This document shows positions 18,644 through 26,573 of a DNA stretch of 64,000 nt, piece by piece. A program made the position numbers and the translations under genes. How positions within the stretch are numbered: the first letter of the stretch is position 1; each line of letters starts with the position of its first letter. Source of the stretch: Deltaproteobacteria bacterium (lineage in GTDB: Bacteria; Desulfobacterota; Syntrophia; Syntrophales; Smithellaceae); the NCBI GenBank assembly GCA_025361065.1, contig JANYAY010000143.1, positions 5,972-69,971 of the forward strand, given 5' to 3'. The notes under the pieces were generated by a model. It made no database searches. It worked only from the letters and a program-made list of their open reading frames with translations, and was not told where the DNA came from.

Positions 18644-19878
18644 TTAAATTTTTTAAATAGTAAAACCGCATTGACACCGCCGAAACCAAAAGTGCAGGAC
18701 ATGGCCGTGCGAATTTCTTTTTTGCGCGCATTATTGGCAACGTAGTCAAGATCGCATTCGGGATCGGGATGATCCAGATTGATCGTGGGTGGAATAATGC
18801 CTTCGGTCAATGCGAGAACCGAGAAGATGGCTTCCACACCGCCGGTTGCGCCCAGCATATGGCCGGTCATGGACTTGGTGGAGCTGATCATCAACTCCTG
18901 AGCATGCCCGCCAAAAACTGTTTTTACAGCCTGTGTTTCATACAGGTCATTGAGCGGTGTTGATGTTCCATGAGCGTTGATATAATCGATATCAGCCACA
19001 TTTAAACCTGCGTCTTTCACGGCAACGAGCATACCACGGGCGGCGCCTTCATGTCCGGGCGGGGGCGCCGCCATGTGAAATGCATCGGATGTGCAACCGT
19101 AACCGGCAAGTTCAGCATAAATACGCGCTCCTCTGTTGCGGGCAATAGATAGTTCTTCCAGAATAATAATGCCGCAGCCTTCGCCGATGACAAAACCGTC
19201 ACGTTCTTTATCAAAAGGCCTGCTGGCTTTTTGCGGTTCCGAGTTTTGTACCGATAACGCCCGCATCGAATTGAATCCGGCAACGGCAAGCGGTGTTATT
19301 GCCGCATCCGTCCCACCGGCGATCATGATATCGGCATCGCCATAGGCAATAGTTTTATAGGCATCGCCGATAGCCGATGTGCCGGCAGCACAAGCGGTAA
19401 CGGCGCAGTCGATCGGGCCCTTGGCGCCAAAGCGGATGGACACATGACCCGACGCCAAATTAGCCAGAATGCCCGGAACGGCGAAGGGAGAAATCTTCCT
19501 TGGTCCGGAAATCCGGAGAACTTCTTTTTCCCGTTCCATTGACGCTAATCCGCCAATGGCCGAGCCGATGATGACTCCGGCACGCGTTGCCACCCCCGGG
19601 GTGATAGTCAGGCCGGCGTCAACCATGGCCATTTCAGCCGCAGCCAAGGCATAAAGAATAAAGTCATCGTAGCGGCGGACTTCTTTTTTATCCACAAATT
19701 GCAGCGGATCAAAATTTTTCAATTCGGCGGCAATCTTGGTATTAAAGGAGGTGCTGTCGAATTTTGTAATTACACCTGCTCCGGATTTGCCCGCAATTGC
19801 ACCTTCCCAGGATTCCTGAGCGGAATTACCCAAGGGGGTTAATGCACCGAGACCCGTTACTACGACACGCCTTTTCAT
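18607..19878 (-). CDS. fabF: beta-ketoacyl-ACP synthase II
   Basis: MKRRVVVTGLG start. The active-site region around the Cys (AVTACAAG), the two His regions and the GFGGVN end are present. The roughly 12-aa tail ESPTSQQAAEN is encoded by the repeat. Confidence 0.95.
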   Translation of the reverse strand: MKRRVVVTGLGALTPLGNSAQESWEGAIAGKSGAGVITKFDSTSFNTKIAAELKNFDPLQFVDKKEVRRYDDFILYALAAAEMAMVDAGLTITPGVATRAGVIIGSAIGGLASMEREKEVLRISGPRKISPFAVPGILANLASGHVSIRFGAKGPIDCAVTACAAGTSAIGDAYKTIAYGDADIMIAGGTDAAITPLAVAGFNSMRALSVQNSEPQKASRPFDKERDGFVIGEGCGIIILEELSIARNRGARIYAELAGYGCTSDAFHMAAPPPGHEGAARGMLVAVKDAGLNVADIDYINAHGTSTPLNDLYETQAVKTVFGGHAQELMISSTKSMTGHMLGATGGVEAIFSVLALTEGIIPPTINLDHPDPECDLDYVANNARKKEIRTAMSCTFGFGGVNAVLLFKKFNESPTSQQAAEN

Positions 19879-19929
19879 TGGCTTAAACCCTGCTGACTTC
19901 ATAAAGAACTGAAAATATTGCCTGACAAA

Positions 19930-20166
19930 CTAATTAATGCCCTTGCCTTTGAGAAAATCAACAACGTCTTTAATAGTTCGAATCTTTTCGAGTTCCTCGT
20001 CGGCTATTTCCAGACCGAACACTTCTTCCATCTCCATGATCAGTTCAACCAGATCCAGCGAATCTGCTCCCAAATCATCAATAAAAGAAGCTTCCAGAAC
20101 ACATTCTTCACGGGTTACATCCAGTTGCTCCATAACAAGCTTAATGACTTTTTCTTCTAATGTCAT
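19930..20166 (-). CDS. acpP: acyl carrier protein
   Basis: 78 aa with the phosphopantetheine site [12 protein letters not shown]. Confidence 0.95.
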   Translation of the reverse strand: MTLEEKVIKLVMEQLDVTREECVLEASFIDDLGADSLDLVELIMEMEEVFGLEIADEELEKIRTIKDVVDFLKGKGIN

Positions 20167-20257
20167 GTCCTATCCTCCTCAATTCGATTATTGCCTTGAA
20201 AATTGAATTATACGCTGCTCTTTTACCTTTTTTTAAAAAATAATTCCTTAGTTTTTT

Positions 20258-21199
20258 CTATGAAGCTAAAAATTCCAAAGTTCTATGCAGGGAAGCAGCA
20301 TCTTCAATACTGTATAGTTTGATATTTCTATTTATCCTTTTAATCAAACCGCAAAGTGTCCTTTTGGGTCCGATTTCAATAATTGTATCCACACCCAGCG
20401 CCGCCATTTTTTCCACTGACTGCCGCCATTTGACGGGAGAAACAATTTGGCTTAGCAAAAGCTCGCGGGCATTATCCTGAGTGTAAAAAATATCGGGATC
20501 ACAGTTCGGGATCACCGGAATACCAAAAGCCTGAAATTCGATATTATTGAGATTTTCGGCAAATTGACTTGCGGCGCCCTGCAATAAACTGCAATGGCAG
20601 GGAGCGCTAATCGGCAAAAGAACCGTTTTCATGGCGCCTTTTAGCTTTGCCTGAAGCATCACTTTTTCCACAGCGGTGGCGTGACCGGAGACGACAACCT
20701 GTTGCGGCGCATTGTAAATAACCACAGCAACCTGTTCTTGGTCATTGTCGAATTCTGCACATATTTTTTCCACGGCATCATCATCCATACCGAGAATTGC
20801 GCCCATCGCACCCATACCCGGCGGCAGAGCCTCCTGATGATAACGGGCGCGAGCCTGCACCAGAGGAAAAATATCGGCAAACTTGATGGCGCCGGCAGCG
20901 TAAAGAGCGCAATACTCACCAAGGCTGTGTCCGGCCAGAACTATCGGTGATAAAGAAGTTTTTTCTTTAAAAACACTATAAATTGCAATATTTAATGTTA
21001 AAACAGCAATTTGCGTGTTGACAGTTAAATTGAGGTCTTCCTGCGGCCCTTCCAAGCAGAGGCGGCGCATATCTACCTTAAGCAAAGAACTGGCACGATG
21101 AAAAACTTCCTGAACGCTAGCAAATTCGGCAAATAAAGAGCTTCCCATCCCCGTATGCTGTGTTCCCTGACCGGGAAATACTAGTGCTATTTTAGCCAT
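20258..21199 (-). CDS. fabD: malonyl-CoA:ACP transacylase
   Basis: Contains FPGQGTQ and the GHSLGEY nucleophile elbow. The start was moved to MAKIALVFPGQG. Confidence 0.95.
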   Translation of the reverse strand: MAKIALVFPGQGTQHTGMGSSLFAEFASVQEVFHRASSLLKVDMRRLCLEGPQEDLNLTVNTQIAVLTLNIAIYSVFKEKTSLSPIVLAGHSLGEYCALYAAGAIKFADIFPLVQARARYHQEALPPGMGAMGAILGMDDDAVEKICAEFDNDQEQVAVVIYNAPQQVVVSGHATAVEKVMLQAKLKGAMKTVLLPISAPCHCSLLQGAASQFAENLNNIEFQAFGIPVIPNCDPDIFYTQDNARELLLSQIVSPVKWRQSVEKMAALGVDTIIEIGPKRTLCGLIKRINRNIKLYSIEDAASLHRTLEFLAS

Positions 21200-21397
21200 C
21201 GCAGACCTCATCATCTATTATTAACTAAGTTGCACTTCTCAGATACTGATACGGCAAGGACAAGAAGGAGGTTGAAAAGACCAACCCGACAGTCGCCGAG
21301 AAACCTGCATGGACTTGCATCATGCTTATTGCCCACAGGTTGACGACGTCGATAACTTGAATCAACATAAAGTAGCGGGATTACGGGCGACTTCGTA

Positions 21398-21583
21398 TCA
21401 GGAGATTTTTTCAATCGGTGTAATTTCCCGGCCTTTATAGATGCCGCATTTGGGGCAAACGCGATGGGGAAGCTTCACTTCCTTGCATTGCGGGCATACT
21501 GATGACGCGGGTTGTTGTAAAAAATCATGCGCCCTTCTCTGGTTGCGGCGCGTTTTGGAATGTCTTTTTACCGGATTTGGCAT
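21398..21583 (-). CDS. rpmF: 50S ribosomal protein L32
   Basis: MPNPVKRHSKTRRNQRRAH with a CPQC...CPKC zinc ribbon. Confidence 0.95.
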   Translation of the reverse strand: MPNPVKRHSKTRRNQRRAHDFLQQPASSVCPQCKEVKLPHRVCPKCGIYKGREITPIEKIS

Positions 21584-21599
21584 AACTTATCCTCTTTTA

Positions 21600-22145
21600 T
21601 TAATTATTTTTTATTTTTATATTTTTTAATACAGCTAACCGCGGATCAACAAACTCCGAACGACAATTGCAGGAAGCCACATTCATGTTTGTGCCACATT
21701 GCGGGCATAAACCTTTACACTCTTCGGAACATAACGGTTTAATCGGAATCTGTAAAATAATCTGCTCACAGATGATCGGTGTAAGATCAATAAGATCACC
21801 TGAATAATAACTTATCTCCAACTCTTCAGCCTGAAGTTCCACATCTTCTTCCTTCTCCGGTTTCACGGGAACAAGTGTGTAAGAAAAATCACCTTCCACA
21901 AGAATGTTCGCATCTTCCAGGCAACGGCTGCACCCAATTCCCAGCCGGACGGAAATACCGCCCTGAATATAAATTGCGCTGGATGCTTTGGTTATCTTAC
22001 ACTGCACGTCAACTTTCCGTAAGATAAAATCATTCCGGTCAATATCCTGAAAGCATTCCTCAAGCCATTTGCCGTCTTCGGAAAAATTAAAATTCAGGCC
22101 TTCTTCAGGAATTGTAACCACATTAATTTTCAAAGAATTAGACAT
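21600..22145 (-). CDS. yceD: YceD/DUF177 family protein (large-subunit accumulation factor)
   Basis: 181 aa in the conserved position upstream of rpmF. C-terminal Cys cluster CKGLCPQCGTNMN...CNC. Confidence 0.85.
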   Translation of the reverse strand: MSNSLKINVVTIPEEGLNFNFSEDGKWLEECFQDIDRNDFILRKVDVQCKITKASSAIYIQGGISVRLGIGCSRCLEDANILVEGDFSYTLVPVKPEKEEDVELQAEELEISYYSGDLIDLTPIICEQIILQIPIKPLCSEECKGLCPQCGTNMNVASCNCRSEFVDPRLAVLKNIKIKNN

Positions 22146-22233
22146 TGAAACTTTGCTGCCCCTGCGAAATTACGCATATTGCGTTAAGCGCGGAAGTTAA
22201 TTATAAATCTTTGCCCTTGTCAAGCATAATTAT

Positions 22234-22680
22234 TCATTTGCCCCGGTTTTGATGGATGCCTTTTTTATTGAGGACATCAGTCAAAATCTGACGATCCGCC
22301 TTCTTTACATTGCGGTAATTGATAAGAATTTCTTTTGTTTCTTTATTATTATCCTCGTCACTTTTTTTAAAATGAAGGAAGAAATGCTTGTCTTGATTTT
22401 GGATAGACCATGATTCAATTGTCGAATAAGGTATTTCTTTATTGGCGAAATTTCCTACTCTAAACATTATATAATCTCCGCTCAGTATGATCATCGGAGT
22501 TCTGGCGACATAGATAGTCGCGATTACAAAGATGATGCCCAGGAGAAAAGCGACAATTCCCATAAGCCTTGTTTCTCCGGCTGATAAATATTGCATCCCG
22601 ACGATAAAGCAGCCAATGGCCAGACAAATAGCTATAACCGCTTGTCGCGGTCTTTCATATATTTTAATGTCCATGTTCAT
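22234..22680 (-). CDS. hypothetical membrane protein (two TM helices plus a soluble C-terminal domain)
   Basis: 148-aa ORF with plausible composition. No family recognised. Confidence 0.5.
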   Translation of the reverse strand: MNMDIKIYERPRQAVIAICLAIGCFIVGMQYLSAGETRLMGIVAFLLGIIFVIATIYVARTPMIILSGDYIMFRVGNFANKEIPYSTIESWSIQNQDKHFFLHFKKSDEDNNKETKEILINYRNVKKADRQILTDVLNKKGIHQNRGK

Positions 22681-22715
22681 ATTTTAACTGCCTCTTCTTA
22701 TTTAGTAATGACGAC

Positions 22716-22836
22716 CTCGTAAAAAGTGGAAAAAGCCCCAGAATCGTCATTCCGGCGAAAGCCGGAATCTAGATATATCAAAGACTTACAAAACGCTGGA
22801 CACCGGTTTTCACCGGTGCGACGGACTTTTTACGAG
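22716..22836 (+). mobile_element. MITE-like element with perfect 12-bp terminal inverted repeats, copy 2 of the hairpin-rich repeat family
   Basis: CTCGTAAAAAGT (22716-22727) and ACTTTTTACGAG (22825-22836) are exact reverse complements. Internal hairpins are ATTCCGGCGAAAGCCGGAAT and CACCGGTTTTCACCGGTG. It has no coding capacity. Confidence 0.55.
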
Positions 22837-22966
22837 TCCATCAGTAATAACTATTCAAACAATATTGCAAGGACTTTTTGACTTGTAATTTCCTGGCTTG
22901 AGGAAATGCGGCTTGACAAAAGGCAGCCGTCAATCCTATAAAGATTGCAAAAACAAGGTAAATATA

Positions 22967-24370
22967 ATGACTGAAAAAATACGGACGCGTTTTGCACCAT
23001 CCCCCACCGGCTTTCTTCATATCGGTGGTGCCAGAACGGCCCTTTTTAACTGGCTTTTTTCCCGCCACAACGGCGGTGAATTTGTGCTGCGGGTTGAAGA
23101 TACCGATCAGGTTCGCTCTACCGATGAATCAACAAAAGCAATTCTCGATGCCATGACCTGGCTTGGCCTGAACTGGGACGAAGGGCCGTATTTTCAGGCA
23201 CAACGTGTCGATCTACATCGGGAAATGGTGCAAAAATTAATTGCCGAAGGCAAAGCCTACTACTGCACCTGTACCGCGGAGGAATTAGAAGCAAACAGAA
23301 AACAGGCACTGGCTACCGGGAAAAAACCCAAATACAACGGTACCTGCCGCGACAAGAATTTAAAGAAATCGCCCGGCAGCGTCGTGCGCTTTCGCGGCGC
23401 CCAAGCCGGCGTGACTATTGTGGAAGACCTCATCAAAGGGAATATCACTTTCAATAATGATGAGTTGGACGATTTGATCATCGAACGCGGCGATGGGTAT
23501 CCTACCTACAATTTTGCCGTGGTCATCGACGACGCCCTGATGAATATCACGCATGTAATCCGCGGTGATGACCATGTCAACAACACCCCGCGCCAGATTT
23601 TGATGTATGAGGCTCTCGGTTTTGCTGTTCCTAAATTTGCTCATGTTCCGATGATCCTTGGTTCCGATAAAGCGCGCTTAAGCAAACGCCACGGGGCTAC
23701 CTCCGTTATGGCCTACAAAGAGATGGGCTTTCTGCCGGAAGCACTGGTCAATTATCTGGTACGTCTGAGCTGGTCGCATGGCGATCAGGAAATTTTTTCC
23801 CCGCAGGAACTGATAGATCTATTTACTCTGGACGCAGTCGGCAAATCACCGGCTGTTTTTAATCCCGAAAAATTACTCTGGCTGAACTCGCACTATATTA
23901 AGGAAGCAAATCCTGTGCGGTTAATGGAAGAAATGAAGCCCCTTTGGCCGGCAAATATCCAGACAGGCGATGCCGGATTCACTCAAAAAGTAATTGCCGA
24001 CTTGCAGCCACGGGTCAAAACACTGGTCGAGATGGCCACGATGGCGAACTTTTATTTTGCCGATCAGGTTCAATATGAAGAGCAGGCTGCTCAGAAGTTT
24101 TTGGTGACCGACATAACCGCCCATATGCAGGCGATGGTCGCAGCAATTCCCACGGTGCAGAATTTCAGCAAGGAGGGCATCGAAGAATTCCTCAAGGCGT
24201 TTACCCAGGAACACGACATCAAGTTTAAAGTGATCGCTCAGCCGCTCCGGGTAGCGCTGACCGGAAAAACAGTTAGCCCCGGCATTGATGAAGTGATGGT
24301 AACCCTTGGCAAGGAGCGCGTCTTAAAAAGAATCAATGCCGCGATTGCCTATATTGAAGCTAGCAAATGA
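22967..24370 (+). CDS. gltX: glutamyl-tRNA synthetase
   Basis: The start was corrected to [21 protein letters not shown] (HIGH motif). The KMSKS-type loop is LSKRHG. Confidence 0.95.
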   Translation: MTEKIRTRFAPSPTGFLHIGGARTALFNWLFSRHNGGEFVLRVEDTDQVRSTDESTKAILDAMTWLGLNWDEGPYFQAQRVDLHREMVQKLIAEGKAYYCTCTAEELEANRKQALATGKKPKYNGTCRDKNLKKSPGSVVRFRGAQAGVTIVEDLIKGNITFNNDELDDLIIERGDGYPTYNFAVVIDDALMNITHVIRGDDHVNNTPRQILMYEALGFAVPKFAHVPMILGSDKARLSKRHGATSVMAYKEMGFLPEALVNYLVRLSWSHGDQEIFSPQELIDLFTLDAVGKSPAVFNPEKLLWLNSHYIKEANPVRLMEEMKPLWPANIQTGDAGFTQKVIADLQPRVKTLVEMATMANFYFADQVQYEEQAAQKFLVTDITAHMQAMVAAIPTVQNFSKEGIEEFLKAFTQEHDIKFKVIAQPLRVALTGKTVSPGIDEVMVTLGKERVLKRINAAIAYIEASK

Positions 24371-24460
24371 TAAGTTCATACCATCGGCTTGTTGTTTTAA
24401 CGTAATTTCGTCTTGACTTTTGTAATAGAATTGAATAGATACTCTCGCCTTAATATTTAC

Positions 24461-24534
24461 TGGGGGATCGTCTAGCGGTAGGACTCAGGGCTCTGAACTC
24501 TGCTACCTAGGTTCGAATCCTGGTCCCCCAGCCA
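24461..24534 (+). tRNA. tRNA-Gln (anticodon CUG), CCA encoded
   Basis: Cloverleaf folded by hand. Acceptor TGGGGGA/TCCCCCA, D stem GTCT/GGAC, anticodon stem CAGGG/CTCTG with loop CTCTGAA, T arm CTAGG-TTCGAAT-CCTGG, discriminator G, then CCA. Confidence 0.9.
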
Positions 24535-24540
24535 TTGCAT

Positions 24541-24615
24541 GGTCCCATCGTCTAGTGGTTAGGACGCTGGCCTCTCACGCCGGAAACCGGGGTTCAACTC
24601 CCCGTGGGACTACCA
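24541..24615 (+). tRNA. tRNA-Glu (anticodon CUC), CCA encoded
   Basis: Cloverleaf folded by hand. Acceptor GGTCCCA/TGGGACT (G1-U72 wobble), D arm GTCT-AGTGGTTA-GGAC, anticodon stem CTGGC/GCCGG with loop CTCTCAC, T arm CGGGG-TTCAACT-CCCCG, discriminator A, then CCA. Confidence 0.9.
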
Positions 24616-24838
24616 AAATGAAATCATATATTTAGAGAATATATTCATTCTAAAATCGAATCACCTTTAATCAATCCCCTACACTATCCCCTACATATTG
24701 AACAAAAAAGGAAGGTTTTTGGATTTATAAAACGGACTGGGGGAGGGGCAATATACGGCAAATTCAATCGTAAAAGTATAAACGCCCTCTTAGGTGCGGC
24801 ATAATTTTTATAAATTGAAATCACCGGAGAAAACTACT

Positions 24839-24920
24839 GTTAAAAGTGGTCATTTTTCACTCAAAAAAGCTGCAAAACTGGTTAAAAATGGTCAAAAATG
24901 CAGTAAAAAGTTAACAAAAA
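24839..24920. other. helically phased A-tract array (predicted intrinsically bent DNA) containing a 14-bp direct repeat
   Basis: A-tracts start at 24842, 24863, 24874, 24884, 24894, 24905 and 24916 (spacings 21, 11, 10, 10, 11, 11). GTTAAAAGTGGTCA (24839-24852) and GTTAAAAATGGTCA (24881-24894) lie 42 bp apart. Confidence 0.55.
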
Positions 24921-25618
24921 GTACATAAGGAAGTTGATTGTGAATCGGCGTGCAATAATGACCTTCCTATAGGCAAAATCGGCATCCAAAATTGATCAAT
25001 GTGAATCATATTATCATTAATATTATTTATGCAATATCTTAGATAAGGTTGGGTCAGTTTTGGAAGCCGATAGTGGGTCAATTTTCAATGCCTATTGACA
25101 CAGAGGCAAAGATTTTAAAGTCAGGGGGGAGGGATACCCAGACATTAATAAAATCAAATAATTGTAATAAAACAGGCAAGAGTTAAAAATCATACCTTTT
25201 TTGCATCCGAGGCTTCAAATACAAAGCAATAGGCTGGATGATTGTGCCAGATCACTGAATACCGGAATACGGGTCGTAACATACATTGACTGATCGGAGA
25301 TTTTCCTGTCTTTCGACAGCTTCCTGAAAGCAGTAAAACTTCGTCCTTGAAAAAAATGCCCGCTTTTAATCGTTAATCAATAATGTCCTTTCTTCCATAA
25401 TTGTGATATACAGTAAGCAATGTTGACGGTTGGTGGAAAAGCGATGTATGGTCCGGCGTCTATTTGCCACGAAGCTGCAAGAGCGGAAACAATCGGAAGC
25501 ATAACCTTAAACTTGCATGCATCGTATTTCTTGCCCTACTTCGACTCAAAATAATCGAGTGACAATCAGAATAAGCAGAGAATTCAGGACCGCTGGCTTT
25601 TTTTCGAAAGGAGCAAAA

Positions 25619-26056
25619 ATGATATTACCGGAATATGTAACAGCGCAAGAGGTCGCAAGGGTTTGTTCGGAGATTGGGGTTGACGACTGGTCAAAACGTA
25701 CTGAAGCGGTCGTTTCTTCGCAAGAGGCCTCTACAATCCTCGCCATTGTAAATACTGAGGGTATGCCTATACCTCTCGATAATTTCCGCATGGGGTTGGA
25801 GGTGGAATTGGAGCACGGCACGAGATTTCAAGATGCCAATGTTACGAACAACCATCCCATCCTGACCGGCAAGATCGTTCTGGCCCATCTCAAGGAAACC
25901 ATGGACTACTACAGAAGAATCGATGTGGCCGAACTGGAAGGTGATCTTCTGAAAGCGGTTCTGTCCGGTAATGTAGATAAAATCACTTCCCAGTACAAAA
26001 AGCTTCTGGAAGCACAAAAGGCCTTAAATGAATCCGTTGCAGACCAGTTAAAATAG
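25619..26056 (+). CDS. hypothetical protein, DUF5661-like
   Basis: The start was moved to ATG 25619 (AAAGGAG upstream). The motif LEVELEHGT...KIVLAHLKETMDYY resembles my recollection of DUF5661 (ELEH...HL-x-E-x-x-x-YY). Confidence 0.5.
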   Translation: MILPEYVTAQEVARVCSEIGVDDWSKRTEAVVSSQEASTILAIVNTEGMPIPLDNFRMGLEVELEHGTRFQDANVTNNHPILTGKIVLAHLKETMDYYRRIDVAELEGDLLKAVLSGNVDKITSQYKKLLEAQKALNESVADQLK

Positions 26057-26120
26057 GGAGTGACTGACAGGAAGTACTTTTTCAACACCCGGCTTTCTAC
26101 GCCGGTACCTGGAGCTGGAC

Positions 26121-26573
26121 ATGAATGAAGAAAATGATTTGCCCGGGCAGTTACGCGAACTGCTTGAAGATCAAAGACTTGCCGTGATATCGACCAGAAC
26201 AGGCGATCAACCGTACAGCAATCTTATATGCTTTGTTGCCTCCAATGATCTGAGGTACATCCTGTTTGCCACAACCAGGGCCACGAGAAAGTATGCCAAC
26301 CTGATGAAGGAGTCGCAGATCGCACTCCTCGTGGACAACCGTTCGCATGGACTGGTGGATCCCTTTCGCGCGCTGGCCTTGACCGCACTGGGCAAAGCCG
26401 TGGAGTTGAAGGGCACTGAGTCGGCGCAGGCACTCGGTATATACATAGCGCGGCACCCGCACATGCAGGAGTTCGTCTCCTCACCGTCTACTGCACTGTT
26501 CCGTATGAACGTCGAAAAGTACATTCTGGTCCGCCGCTTCCAAGATGTGATGGAACTGCAGGTAACCCTATGA
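26121..26573 (+). CDS. pyridoxamine 5'-phosphate oxidase (PNPOx/split-barrel flavin) family protein
   Basis: 150 aa with a general-stress-protein-26-like pattern (LAVISTRTGDQPYSNLICF...IALLVDN). Its stop overlaps the next start (ATGA). Confidence 0.75.
   Translation: MNEENDLPGQLRELLEDQRLAVISTRTGDQPYSNLICFVASNDLRYILFATTRATRKYANLMKESQIALLVDNRSHGLVDPFRALALTALGKAVELKGTESAQALGIYIARHPHMQEFVSSPSTALFRMNVEKYILVRRFQDVMELQVTL

Noticed and set aside
21211-21414. 67-aa ORF in the rpmF-fabD spacer that might have been a plsX or fabH remnant.
   Set aside because: Its start overlaps rpmF, and the translation shows no similarity to PlsX, FabH or FabG motifs. It is probably spurious.
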